Below, one piece after another: positions 1-13,190 of a stretch of DNA of 64,000 nucleotides (position 1 is the first letter of the stretch; the number at the start of each line of letters is the position of its first letter). The notes under the pieces were generated by a model. The model was not told where the DNA came from. It worked only from the letters and a program-made list of their open reading frames with translations, and searched no databases. This DNA comes from Anthoceros angustus. Taxonomy: Eukaryota; Plantae; Anthocerotophyta. The stretch lies in assembly GCA_010909165.1 (NCBI GenBank), contig MU008165.1, positions 682,001-746,000 on the forward strand. Direction: 5' to 3'. Made by a program: the position numbers and the translations under genes.

Positions 1-3000
1 TCTACTTCTATACCTCGGCTTGAAAATTATGCCCCAACGAATTCCTCGACATGCCAAGTAGCACTTTTGGATGCGCATAATTTGGCTCGCTCCTGGCACT
101 TCCGAGGTGCGACGGATGGTCCTTGTGACCAACACGGAAGTCGTCCAGAAAACTTCCATAAAGTCGCGAGGAAGTCCTTGAAAATTTTGACGATGGCATG
201 AAGGACCCGGTGCTCCGTCAACCCCTGCGCTTGTAAGCATATGTCCCGTCGGTTGTAAAGCGGTCGAGGCCAATCGCTCTCCCTAAGGTGCGGTGATTAT
301 ACCCAGTACCGTCTAGGAATGAATCGCCATTACACTGCGACGGATCCGAGGATATTATCGATGAAGGGTAGCGGAAAGTGATCCTTCTTGGTGACCTTAT
401 TCAACCTTCTCCATCGACAAACTCGGATTTTGCTGCGCCTCTTAGGTACTACCACTATTGGAGCCACCCATTCGGTATTGACTATAGGATAGATCACGTC
501 CTTGAGGTACATCTCCAAGCGATCCTTTACCTTGAGGGAGTACTTGATTTAACTTGTACCGTGGAATCCTTCGGAATTGCTCACGGTTCGTCAATCCTAT
601 GCTCGCCCCATTCTTTGGGATCCCTTCATGTCTACCTCGGCGAAAACATCGATGAATTCTGCAGCGTTTCATTCCTTCCTCCAACGCCGCATCCATTGTT
701 ACGGAGAATTTGAGCACCTTCCGGAAGAACCTCAACGCCCTTGACTTCATCACCACCCACTCGCTCTCGGTGCGGTGCTAACCCCGAATCCTTCTTACGG
801 CTCCGCGTTCCTCTTCTCTCATGCCCCATTCCCTAAACAAATCCTCCGACGTGAACTGCGCGCCTCCACCTTCTCCACTGCTGTTCGAATCCCCGGACCC
901 CTTCCGGAGCATTCGCTTACCCGTAATGACCCTCGGGTTAATTGTATATGGATATCTCTGCGGTAGTCCCGCTCCTCATCGACCATGAGATGTGTGCGAC
1001 GGAACCTATCTTCCTCTTGCATCTCCCGACGTGTCCTCTGCCGAGGTGTACCCTTGCTTGTTGGAGTTTCACCGCATACATGTCCTTACTCCACGATAGG
1101 CACATCCTTCCCTCCTTGGTCTTGGGATCCCATTCCAGCGGTTTAAAACCGACTTCCTTCCGCCCCACTTGAGCGTGCATTGCGATCGTACATCCATGTT
1201 CGGCCAATTAGGACGTCGACTGGGCGATTTTTTTGGATGACTACATAATCCATCAAGTAGGGGATGGTTCCAATGGTCGTTAGCACCCTGGTTCCCCCAC
1301 CGCACCATTACGGACATGTCGGCTAGCCTCAAAACCTTGGTAGTATGTTCAATATCCAAGCCCAATTTCCTAGCCGTGTCTTCTCATAATATTTACACCC
1401 GTGTCGAGAGGCACTCCTTTGATGACACATCCGAAATTTCCAGAGTTGGTGGGCCTTGATCCACCATGGATACCAAGTTCACGGCTCTGGTATAGGAACA
1501 TTGCGCCTCTTTTGGGTTGCGCCTCTTTTAACGCCCTCGATCTGTTGCCTATACGCGGATTGTCTCGGAGGAGTTGTCCGAATGTGATCATGAAATGTTG
1601 GTCCATGATGGCCTCGGCGAGATTGAAAAGCGGTGGCAGCCTTCTCGCCATCCGATTTGGTTGTGGGTTCCGTCATGACTTGGGGTACGGTGGCCCTTCC
1701 GGTGGGGTGGTGGACTCCCACAGGGTGGTGGAAATCGACACCCCGCCTTTTCCCCGTAGCCTCCTTGCCAATTCTTCTTGTATCATATCCATGACTTCGC
1801 CCGTCGTCCGGTGGAAACCCTAACTCGGTTCGGTAACTTTCTCTCGAAATCGGTGGGTTCCACCCCTTCGACGCTGAGCCCTTCATTCACCTTTCCGCCT
1901 GGAACACTCGGTCTCATGCATCACTCTTTTGCACATATGGTCCATCCGCCAAGTCACCGCAGGACTTGTTTTTTCTTTGGCCAACGCGTTCCGGGTGTTG
2001 GTATTTCCGCCCCAGTGGTGGCGACACTCTCTCCCTCATCCGATCCCGGTCGTATCCGCCTCCTTTCTTCTTTTTCCCCACGCCGCCTCTCTTTTGCTTT
2101 TGTGCTCCTTGTTCTAACGACCATGGCGGAGGCTTCCCCATAATAATCGCTTCCTCTGCCTAATCCTCCAAGCTCCTCGGGGTTCCAATCTCGGCATCCT
2201 CCCATACCGCCATAAGTGCGTCCTCAACATGCATGGCGGACACCGGACTTGGGTTTGGCGAACTCCCGTTACGGGTGGCTGCGCGATCCTCACCGTCTTT
2301 CTGGGGCTTTGGCAGAGCACACTTCCTGCCAAATGCCCCTGCTGCTTGCAATCTTGACATAGTTTATCAAAATCTCCATTGCCTTGACGAGTTGGATAAG
2401 GGCAGCTGTGCGCATAGTGTCCAAGGTTGCGACAATTATAGCACAAGACGGTACCCATTGGATTGTTACCCGCCCACTGTTACAACGCCTACCCCGTGGA
2501 ATTACGAGGTTGGCGGGTACATGGTCTTTGGGTACACTTGGGTTGGTGAACCTCCGGATCGGTATGTATCTTCCACGGACCCTCTTCCTCCTCTTCCTCA
2601 TATCCCGTTTGTCGGACAATTAGCTTTGGAGTGTCCCTGCTGCCCACACGTTGAGAAGAGGTTGGCTCGTGGGTTCGTGATGCCTCCGCCTCTCATGTTC
2701 CTTGACCGCATTAAGATGGAATTTCGAATTTTGCCATCATCTCCTCCATCTTGTTCCCTGTTGTTCTACTTTCTTGGCTGCCACCTCGGCCTCCCTCCTC
2801 GCTTGTTCCGGCCCTTCGCATATCGCCTCTGTTTTGCCCTTGCCCGGCTCCTTGTTGTCCTGCACGACCCTTCATTTTCTTTTTCCATTTGGCGCTCCTC
2901 ATCCGATGACGCTTCCTCCGAATCTCCTGCGTTTCCTCCTCCGAGGAACTTTCATGTGGAATCTTCGTGGAGCTTTCTTCACCGATGAACTTCCGAGGAG

Positions 3001-3981
3001 GATGAGGAATCCTTCTTTTTTCCCCTGGCTTCTTCTTCTCCTTCTTAGCCTTCCTCCTCCCTTGCGGGTTGGATTCCTCATAGTTTAGCGCCTTGATAGC
3101 CTTGCCCAAATTCTTCTCCGCTTGTAACCCACGTGTCTCCCCATCTTAGAACCCGGGCCTTTAGCGAACCACCGTATTGCGCAACTCCGAGTGAGGGCCA
3201 CTGATCACGAAGTCGCGTGAAACCTCTCCACATACGCTGCAAGGTTTCCTTCTTTCCTCTCGCTTTTTCAAGCTTGGACAACACGTATCCCTCCACGTCA
3301 AGCCCTGAACCTCTCAGAGCGGTTTTAATTCTTCATAGGTTCTGGAGGTGTGGTGACTTGAGGTATTCGCCTATACCACTTGCCGGACCCCAAGAACTCC
3401 GTAGAACAACTGAATACGCTGTGCATCTCCCGCTTCCTGGTTTGCAAATGTCAGCTGCTCAAAACGCTCAACAAATTCATCAGGGTCTTCATACCCCTTC
3501 CCCTCTCCATACAGCGGATAAGGTTGCTTGGTGGTGACCACCACCGGTGTGGTGGTGGTCATGACTATCGTTGCTGATTCGGCGACTGTGGTTGGTCCAA
3601 CAACGGTTCCTGCGGGAGTCGATTGATCTCCAACAGTCTGCACACTTTTGGAAGAGAGGTCAGTGGATGGAATTGGTCCGAGGTTCCTTGGCGGTGGTAC
3701 CTCGTCCAAGTCCAGAGGTTGGGGATCTTGCTCCAACAAGATCGGACCCCGTCCTGGTTGCTTCCTTACCTCCTTCTCCTTCCAACGGTGCTTCCTGGAC
3801 CTCCTCAACTCGCGGTTTGCAACCCTTTTAACCTTTCCGATTGCTTGGCGCTTCTCTTGTGGCCTTCCGACTTGACTCGAACCTCCGACTCAACCCGTGG
3901 CATCCATCTACCTAACTAGATACACTCCAAAACTAGACACCTAAGCTATGGTTAGTCCCCTATAACCTTGATGAGCTTTTT
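1..3981 (-). mobile_element. Ty3/gypsy (Athila/Tat-like) element A: decayed gag-pol internal region running off the left edge
   Basis: Gag-like YEDPDEFVERFEQL (3371-3808); CCHC knuckle CYNCRNLGHYAHSC (2114-2458); RT start IYPIVNTEWVAPIVVVPK...LNKVTKKDHFPLPFIDNIL (330-518); many frameshifts. Confidence 0.9.
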
Positions 3982-3996
3982 CATTCCGACGCGCCA
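3982..3996 (-). promoter_or_regulatory. Degenerate primer-binding site, copy 1 (tRNA-Asp type)
   Basis: Minus strand reads ...TTCCACA ttt TGGCGCGTCGGAATG; resembles the Athila PBS TGGCGCCGTTGCCGGGGA; about 95 nt before the putative gag start. Confidence 0.6.
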
Positions 3997-5918
3997 AAAT
4001 GTGGAATGGGTTTTGCATCCGAAGACGCAAAGAGGCCACATTTACCCTCTATGTCGTTATAGTCCTAGGATTCGATCCCAAGGGAATGGTGTTGTGTCAA
4101 GGTGTGCTAAATCTATGGATTCTAGACCGCCCGCCGCCACCCCACCTTCTCCACCTACCTGCCCAAACCCACCACCGTGGTAGACTCGGCCACCGTGGTA
4201 GACTCGGCCACCGTGGCGGGCCCACCACGCCGCGGAGTCTATTCACACCCACTTCTAACACTAGGGGCTATGGGCACGGACACCTATATACGCCTACTGG
4301 AATTTGCGATCCACCACGCTTCACTCCCCCACGCTTCCGATTTTCCCTCACACTCTCACAATCCCAACGACACAACCCCGGAACCTTTCCCTTCCCAATG
4401 AACTCTCTCCTCGCCCCTCACGGGCCACAGACTTTTCCCCTTGGGCCACAGACCCCTCTCTCATGGAATGAACACACGGTGGCAGCAGTTGGAAAAGAGG
4501 ATCGGAAGAAAACCCGCTGGCTTGGGCGATTCGCCTTCCGCCACCCGTCCGCGGCCTCCTACCTCTTTCCGGCCACGGCCACCTTCTTACCCCAGGCGTG
4601 GAGCTTGGCCACTCCTCGACCATCCGAGATCTTCCGGCCTTCTTGTGACTAGAAGGCACCGAACCGCTTGATGCGTCGACGGACGTCCAATCAACCCCAC
4701 ACGGTTCGATACACGGAAGTTCACACCGAAATCGCCTTTGAGAGACACCCGGGTCTCTTATACATCCGGTGTGGTCCAACACCTCACTTCTCTTAGTGTC
4801 TAAAATTGTAGCTCCTACCACGCGCCTTACCAATCTAAGCAACAACCTACTGATGGAACTCCCTATCCGCTCAAAAAGGAAACCCGGTCCTAGGCTATCG
4901 CGACTCTAAAATCAGCGCCGCCTCGCGATTGCTGCCTCGCCCACGGCCCATGGGGACCCCTCTCGCTCTACCGCCCGATCCGAGCGATTTTCCCCACAAC
5001 CTCCACCTCGCCTCTCACCGCCTGAATTTCGCGCCTTCCCGGACGTGCGCGTGACCTCTATGTCCATTGTCCCGCCTCCTCCTCGGACAACCATACCGTG
5101 CTCCTCCTCCATGCTCGCCTCCCGCTCATCTCTTCCAAAGACCACTTGGAGGATAGGCGCCCGCTCCTACTCAAGGAACCATCACTGTGGCGGTCAAGAT
5201 GCACCGAGTTTCGCCTCCCGTCCCAACAACCACATACACGCTTAGAGTGAGCACCGCTCACCATGCGTGCTGTGACATGAGCATCCTCATCCGGACGCCG
5301 TAGCACAATACGCCTTCGACATGAGGTCCTTACCTCCTCCCGTGGACAATCCTGGGCCGCTGCTGATTCTCCAGGGATCTGTCTCCATCTGCGACACTGC
5401 CGGTGACTTCCCCACCTCGCCTCGCTTCCACGACGGTGGTAGTTTAGCCACCGTGGTGGTTGCTTCCCCACGGTGGTTGTTGCCCCGTGGTCATGACTAT
5501 CGTTCGATTCACCGTGGTTGGTCCAACAACGGTTCTGCGAGTCGATTGATCTCCAACGATCGCACACTTTTGGAAGAGAGGTCTGGATGGAATTGGTCCG
5601 AGGTTCCTTGGCGGTGGTACCTCGTCCAAGTCCGAGGTTGGGGATCTTGCTCCAACAAGATCGGACCCCGTCCACAGTTGCTTCCTTACCTCCTTCTCCT
5701 TCCAACGGGTGCGTCTTCCTACCGGACCTCCTCAACTCGCGGTTTGCAACCCTTTTAACCTTTCCGATTGCTTGGCGTTGTCGCTTCTCTTGTGGCCTTC
5801 CGTCCGACTTGACTCGAACCCTCCGACTCAACCCGTGGCATCCATCTACCTAACTAGATACACTCCAAAACTAGACACCTAAGCTATGGTTAGTCCCCTA
5901 TAACCTTGATGTTAGTTT

Positions 5919-5934
5919 CATTCCCAACGCGCCA
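5919..5934 (-). promoter_or_regulatory. Degenerate primer-binding site, copy 2
   Basis: ...TTCCACA ttt TGGCGCGTTGGGAATG; LTR 3' CA at 5938-5939. Confidence 0.65.
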
Positions 5935-7732
5935 AAATGTGGAATGGGTTTTGCATCCGAAGACGCAAAGAGGCCACATTTACCCTCTATGTCGTTATAG
6001 TCCTAGGATTCGATCCCAAGGGAATGGTGTTGTGTCAAGGTGTGCTAAATCTATGGATTCTAGACCTGCCGCTACTCCCACCTTCTCCAGCCACCTGCCC
6101 AAACCCACCAGTAGACTCGGCCACCGTGGTAGACTCGGCCACCGTGGCGGGTCCCACCACCCTGAGTCTATTCCACACTTCTAACACGGACCTAGGGGCT
6201 ATGGGCATACGGACACCTATATACGCCCACCTTACTGGAATTGCGATTCCACCACACGCCCACCCTCCCACGCTTCCGATTTTCCCTCACACTCTCACAA
6301 TCCCTCCCACACAACTTCCTCCGGAACCTTTCCCTTCCCAATGAACTCTCCTCGCCTCACGGGCCACACAGACCTTCCTCCTTGGGCCACAGACCCCTCT
6401 CTCTCATGGAATGAACACACACGTGGCAGCTTGGAAAAGAGGATCGGAAGAAAACCCGCTTGGCGATTCGCTTCGAGCCTCCGCCTCACCGTCCGCGCCT
6501 CTTCTTTCTCCACCGGCCACCTTCCGTTACCCCCAGTGGAGCTTGGCCACTCCGCTCTCGACCATCCGAGATCTTCCGGCCTTCTTGTGACTAGAAGACG
6601 GTGCGCCCAACCCGCTTGATGCGACGACGCCTCCAATCAACCCCACACGGTTCGATACACGTTCACACCGAAATCGTCCTTTGAGAGACACCCAAAGGGT
6701 CTCTTATACATCCGGCCGTGGGTCCAACATGCCTCACTTCTTTAGTGTCTAAAATTGTAGCTCCTACCACGAGCGCCTTACCAATCTAAGCAACAATTTA
6801 CCACTGATGGAACTCCCTATCCTCACCAAAAGGAAACCCGGTCCTAGGCTATCGCGACTCTAAAATCAGCGCCGCCTCGATTGCTGCCTCGCCCACGGCC
6901 CATGGGGACCCCTCTCGCCTTCGGCCTCGCCCGATCCGAGCGATTTTCCCCACAACCTCCACCTCGCCTCTCACCGCCTCGAGTTTCTCGCGCCTTCCGC
7001 GGACGCGCGCCTGTGACCTCTATGTCCATTGTCCCGCCTCCTCCTCGGACAACCATACCGTGTGCTCCTCCCTCCATGCTCGCCTCGCGCCGCCATATCT
7101 CTTCCAAAGACCACTTATGGAGGATAGGCGCCCGCTACTCAAGGAACCATCGTAAACGCCTGTGGCGGTCAAGATGCACCGAGTTTCCCCTCCCGCCCCA
7201 ACAACCACATACACGCTTAGAGTGAGCACCCGTCCACCATGCAGGCTGTGGACATGAGCATCCTCATCCGGACGCCGTAGCACAATACGCCTTCCGATAT
7301 GAGGTCCTTACCTCTCCCGTGGACAATCTGGGCCGGCCGTTGATTCTCCAGGATCCCTCCATCTGCGACACTCCTGCTTGACTTCCCCACCTCGCCTCGC
7401 CCACGACGGTGGTTGGAGTTTAGCCACCGTGGTGGTTGCTTCCCCACGGTGGTTGCTCGCGGTGCTGTTTCGCCTTCTTCTGCTTGGCCACCTCTCTTGA
7501 CTCGGCCCTAGCTTCGCCTCTTTCCGCTTGTACCTCTCCGCCAGCTTGAATTTCTCCAAGGGCGCCATCGCCCACCCGCCTCCTGGACTCGCGAGACCTC
7601 ATCCTCAAGCTCTTCAATTGTAGCATGCGCCCTTGACCGATTTACTAAAGCCTCCCGCTGAGTGGACATGTCCCTCAACCGCCTCTGTTTTGCATAGGTA
7701 AGACTCCTGCGCTCCAAGGCCCTACCGCCTTG

Positions 7733-7956
7733 TGAAGGAGTATTGATGTTGGCATAATGAGGATTAGGGTTATATTATATCCGGGCCATATTGTGTGTAT
7801 AGTTTAAAATGTCTTACCTCTTCGCTAGGGTTACGTCTGTTAGCATAGTCACACCCATTCAAGAACAGTTGTTGTTAATGTTTTACTTACTCTCTTTTTC
7901 TTGAATATATACAATGTTATTTTTATAATAAATCTACATCTGCATGTAATTTCTTA
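7733..7956 (+). repeat. 5' LTR of copia B (TG...TA)
   Basis: TGAAGGAGTATTGATG...CATGTAATTTCTTA, repeated at 14278-14499. Confidence 0.95.
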
Positions 7957-7968
7957 TGGTATCAGAGC
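7957..7968 (+). promoter_or_regulatory. PBS complementary to tRNA-iMet
   Basis: TGGTATCAGAGC immediately after the LTR. Confidence 0.97.
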
Positions 7969-8301
7969 TTCTGATGTAGGTTACATTCAAATGAGTGTAC
8001 ATTAGATTGTGCATTTAATTTCATGCACAATCATGTCTCTTTTGCTTTCTTTCAAAAGGAAATTAGGTTTCTTTTTGAGAAAAGAAAAGAACATATTAAA
8101 ATTCTTGTAGAAATTTTCTTTATATTTTATATGAGATGTCTTAACCGATCTTGTTCCAAAGGTATCTCTAGTCGATTGCTAGTACCCTTCGTAGAGATAC
8201 TAGAACAACCGCCCTGATTTGACATTTTCAAAATTATAGAGAATAGCTTACAGAAATGCATATAATTTGCATTTTACAAGCTTCTACAAATTTAGCCGTA
8301 A

Positions 8302-8991
8302 ATGGCTACCAATGGAAACAATGTCTGGCGCATTCCTGTTGAGCGTGCAAACAACAACAGGAGGCAGCAAAATGGAAATCAAAACAGGCACAATCTTGTT
8401 GAGTACATCCATCAACACATTGTGACATGGCTGTTGCGCAATCAAGATCTGCCTGATCTCTGCAGAAACCTACAGGAGGCCTTCAATACAATAGTGGAGA
8501 CTCCCTACCCTGGTCAGAGATATTTGACTTTTGCTCCTTACTTTCCTGCATGACGATTCCACAAGGGTGCGATTGCACATCTTCCGTGTAACCCTAATCA
8601 TAGGACTCAAACACATGCCGCATCGACACGTGGATTTTTACTAACCAGGCTTGAATCATATCAAAACCACATAAAAAGAAATCATGGCAGTGTCATTCGA
8701 CGCCTTATTGAGTCTAGTGCTGGTATTCAAAGTCTGAAAGAACAAATCTCTCACCTGAATTTCAAACTGTTGACTTTGTCGAGATCACATTTGCTTGCTA
8801 ATTCCCCTCATTACGGAGTATTACGCAGGCATACAAATAAGACAAACAGAAGTCACAGGTTTGATGCACCCAATTGTTGCCCATCATACTCCACCCACGC
8901 AAACAATAAGTGGAAGATGAGGCATTTAAAACTAGAAAACAGTTCAACAGCAGCACAGTGCAGAGTTTCAAACCCTGTTTATGTTCTGTGA
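8302..8991 (+). pseudogene. Extra ORF upstream of gag in copia B, function unknown
   Basis: 8302-8553 and 8770-8991 are in the same frame; the only stop between them is TGA 8551-8553; about 229 codons. Confidence 0.5.
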
Positions 8992-9103
8992 TTGCTGATG
9001 TCTTCATGAACCAGGTATCATTTGTCCCCTAACATCTGCTTCCAGAATCACAGATTAACGCTGATGCAACTTCACACATTAGTGTCTGTTAAATCCTACA
9101 AAC

Positions 9104-12100
9104 ATGGGTGACGAAGATACCACACCCAAACTGTCCTATAACATAGGCAGTGACATGTTTAAGGAAAAGGAGTTTGAGGAGAATTATTATATCCGTAATG
9201 AGGATGGGGTGCTCTCGCAAGGACTCGATGTAACAACCGGAGATGATAAGTTAGATACAATGATGCTGAATCACAGGCATGGACAAAGAATGACGCAATG
9301 CCCATGTACATGATACGGTGTGGCCTAACCTCTGAAATGTTGAGTACTCAGGAGCAAGATTCGCCGACTCCGGTCTAGACTTCGTGAGCTTTACTCTGGT
9401 GGAAATTCAACCAGTCAGATGGCAGCCCTCAAAAACCTTCAACTCTGCAAGATGCGAGATGGTGACTCAGTAGAAAAGCACATTGCTACTTTCAGACATC
9501 TTGTTTCTAAGTTGGAAGGAACAACACAGGAAGCCATCAAGGAAGATATGTTAGCACTTTATTTAATGCTTTCTTTACCTGCCTCCTGGTCGAATTTTGT
9601 GACTTCTTATAACACCTCACAGGCACAAGCTCAGAAACTGGCATCTGCAGCCAGGATCAAGCTACCTCCCATGACCTTTTCTGAGTTAGTGGGAGCACTT
9701 CTTCAAGAAGAAGCCACGAGAGGTGGACCTAAGCATGGGAAACAGCAAGCACTCTACACCTCAAACAAGGGCAGAGGAAACAAACCATACCCTAGAGGCA
9801 AAAATACTACACCTATTGCAGGGAGCTCACAGGGAGCTTCCTCACAGAAGAAACCCAAGAAGACCGGGAAATGCAACTGGTGCAAAATTCCCGGCCATTG
9901 GGAAAACGAGTGTCGTAAGAAGCAGGCTGGCATACCTCGCAAGGAGGGCAATGCGAATGCTGAAACACACGTTGTAGTAAAGAAGCAATCCTCTCCTTCC
10001 GCCCTGACAGTAGGGGTAAGGGAGTTTGCTCAACCTCTAGTCTTTCCCACATGCTTATCTGCCATAGCAGAGTCTAGACCATTTCAAGAGTGGTACTTAG
10101 ACACAGGTGCAACAGCGCACATTTGCTTTGATAGAAGTGCCTTCTCCACCTACAGACAAGTAAAGGATCAGTTTGTCTATTTAGGTGATGACAGGGCATT
10201 GGTATCTCCAGGAAAGGGCACAGTGTTCCTTCCTGTCCCTTCAGGGCTAAAACTGTCCCTTACCAATGTTTACTATGTGCCTGGAATGACTAGGAACCTC
10301 ATTTCCGCAACCGAACATAGATAACAAATACCACTTCTCACATTTTACGAGCGATCCTTGATGCATTTGATCATCGCAAGGTTTTAGCTTATGGATCTTC
10401 TGACCATGATCTATTCCGACTTCACTTGAAAGATCTGCGCAAATAATTTTGACGTCACAAGGTGACCTCTCACCTTCACATCAAACAGACAAAGCCATAT
10501 TATGGCACAATAGGTTAGGTCATCCACATGGTGCTAAGCTGCAAAAACTGGCTACCAGTGACCTATACTATGATGGAAAGATTGGCACTCTTCCTACCTT
10601 ACCCCTGTGTGAAGCTTGTGTGTTATCTAAGCGTCACCAAGCAGCCTTCAAAAACAGGACCCCACACAGAGCCTCTGATGTCCTCGAGCTAGTCCACACT
10701 GATATTTGTGGGCCACTGTCACAGCCTTCCATAGGTGGTGGCAAGTATTTCTTAACCTTCACTGATGACAAGACAAGGTTTGTCATGGCTTATATCTTGA
10801 AGGCCAAAAGTGAAGCCTTCTCTCAATTCAAAACTTATTTAAAATTTGTTGAGAGATGGACAGGACAACAGCTCAAGACCCTCCGCTCCGATAACGGAGG
10901 AGAATTCACATCTAACGAATTTCAAACATATTGTGCAGAGGAGGGTATTGGGCGCCAACTCACCGTCGTGTATACACCACAGCAAAATGGCGTTGCAGAG
11001 CGCCTGAATTTGACTTTGCAGGAGATGGTTTCTCCCTTGCGCATCATACCTACCATTGCTTATAATGAGCCCACCTAATTACCGGTATTTATTTAAATAG
11101 CCTACCACTCAGCTTGTAGGTCGACCTATATGAGGCTTTCTTTGGCAGGAAACCGTCTATCCTTCATCTTCGAACCTTTGGTTGTATCGCTTATGCTTTC
11201 ATCCCGAAGGAGAAGCGTAAGAAGCTATCTGCAAAAGCCAGAAAACTCCTTATGATAGGCTACACTGAGGGCATAAAAGCTTATAAACTGTATGATGTCC
11301 CTCAGAACAAGGTGGTATATGCACGGCTGTACCTTTTAAGGACGGTTTGACGCCTGAACCTCACCCGATGATAGTGATGATCTGTCTGTTCTCCCCAATA
11401 TCACTTTCTTTGATGACTCAACACCTGAGGAGATTGCTCCTGCAGGGGGGGATGAGCATGATAATCAAGATAATCAAGTTAATCAAGTTGACCCAGAGAG
11501 ATCGGACCTTCACGACCTTGCGAGCACGAAGAACCTCCCATTGCCGCTTGAGCCACAACTCAACCTACTAGATCCAGACATGATGACGCTGCGCATTTAC
11601 GCAAACAGGTTCTCGAATGATGATGATGCCGATGTACCGAATAGCCTACCACATCCCGAACCCCCACCGAACGCCGAGCACTTGCAGAAGAGAAAGACGT
11701 GCACTGACATTACTAATCACATGATTGTGTCAAGTTGGCGTCGCTATGAGTCCGGGACCTACAGCTCGCACTCTATGAAGAAGCTATGAGGGCCGACTGC
11801 AGAAGTAAAAAGGCCGTTCCCGAGTCATGTCCTTTATCAAGAATGGCACTTGGGAACTCGCAAAATTACCTCCTGGACGCAAAATGGTGTCCTGTAAATG
11901 GGTATTTAAACTCAAGGTTGGGGCAGATGGTACTAACAAAAGCCGACTCATGCTTCGTGGCTTCTCCCGGGCACCAGTCTCAGCCGGAAACTTATGCCCC
12001 GTGGTGAAGCTAGCCACGCTTCACTCCTGCAGAGTGCCATTTACCATGACTATGAGTTGGAAATGTTTGACGTCAAACCCCTTCCTTACATGGCAGTGGA

Positions 12101-13190
12101 TACCGAAATCCATGCGTAAACCAATGGCCACGTAGTAAAGGGAAAAGAGGACCATGTTCTTCGCCTAATCAAGACCCTGTATGGTTTAAAACAGTCAGCT
12201 CTTGAATGGAATGCAGTCTTAGATGAGGAACTGCGAGCTTTAGGCTTCATCAAATGTGTTTCTTGGCCGTGGTTCATAGGGCTGGAGACATCAGGGATGT
12301 TACCTTTGCTAGTATGGACCCCCATTTGATACCGCATGCTCCCTCCTTTATCACAAAAATTAATGGCCTCCTATCCAAGAAGTTCGATATGTCAAACTTA
12401 GGAGCTTTACAAAGCTGCCTTGGCATTCATATTCAGAGAGATCGAAAGAAAAGAGTTTTAACTCTCACTCAACCAAGATACCTTCTTGATAGACTGACTC
12501 AAGGATGCAAAGCCCATACATCTACAAGTGACTTAAGCTCACCAAATCCAGAGCCCAATAAACGGTCGAAGGACAAAATGCTTCCTATCCCTTACCGCAA
12601 GGCAGTAGGAAAGCTCATATATGCAGCAAACACTACTCGTCCTGAAGTGGCATATTCCACAAGTGTGCTCTCACAATACTTGGAAAACCCTGCACAGGAG
12701 CACTGGACTTGTGTTAAGAGGGTATTTCGATACTTAAAGGGCGCACAAGATGGAATCGCTATAAATACAAACCGGCGCCTCCTGAACCCATGTATATACC
12801 GATCTGACGCGTGACAGATGAGAAGATCCGCTCTGGATATATCGCTGTTCACTGGGGACCAATCTGGTCCGAAGTTGAAGCAACCAACGGTTGCTCTTTC
12901 GCAGTAGCAGCACCGTGTCCTCACACCGCTTAAAGACGGTGCGCTTTCAATGAACCCCACTACCTCTCCCTCCTCGCCGCATGTTGATCAAAAACAGATC
13001 CGTGTTCTATAAACCTTGCACAAAACCCTGTGCATCACTCACGGACAAAACACGTTGAGGTGGAGTATCATTTCATCAGAGACTTGATTAAGAGGACAGT
13101 ACTTGATATGTGCCAAATGTCAGTAAAATCCAAAGCAGATATTATGACCTCCTACCACGAGAGGCACATGAAATGTTTAGGAATGGGGAA
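9104..13190 (+). pseudogene. Copia B gag-pol, frameshifted
   Basis: CNWCKIPGHWENEC knuckle; protease WYLDTGATAHIC; WHNRLGHP/CEAC; integrase HTDICGP, RSDNGGEF, QQNGVAER; RT CKWVFKLK and LYGLKQS; RNase H HSRTKHVEVEYHFIRD. Confidence 0.95.

Larger units (their letters stand above)
3538..7452. repeat. Direct tandem duplication, ~1.95 kb unit (gag 5' end + PBS + LTR 3' part)
   Basis: 3538-5447 is collinear with ~5448-7452 (TGTGGAATGGGTTTTGC at 4000 and 5938; GAGTGAGCACC at ~5245 and ~7220), with many small indels. Confidence 0.95.

Noticed and set aside
2233-2988. Long plus-strand ORFs over gypsy A (also 3999-4652, 15311-16046, 16919-17644)
   Set aside because: GC-rich antisense frames with no recognisable motifs
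7957-9100. Endogenous caulimovirid (tRNA-Met PBS plus leading ORF)
   Set aside because: Flanking LTRs and an integrase before RT identify a copia element
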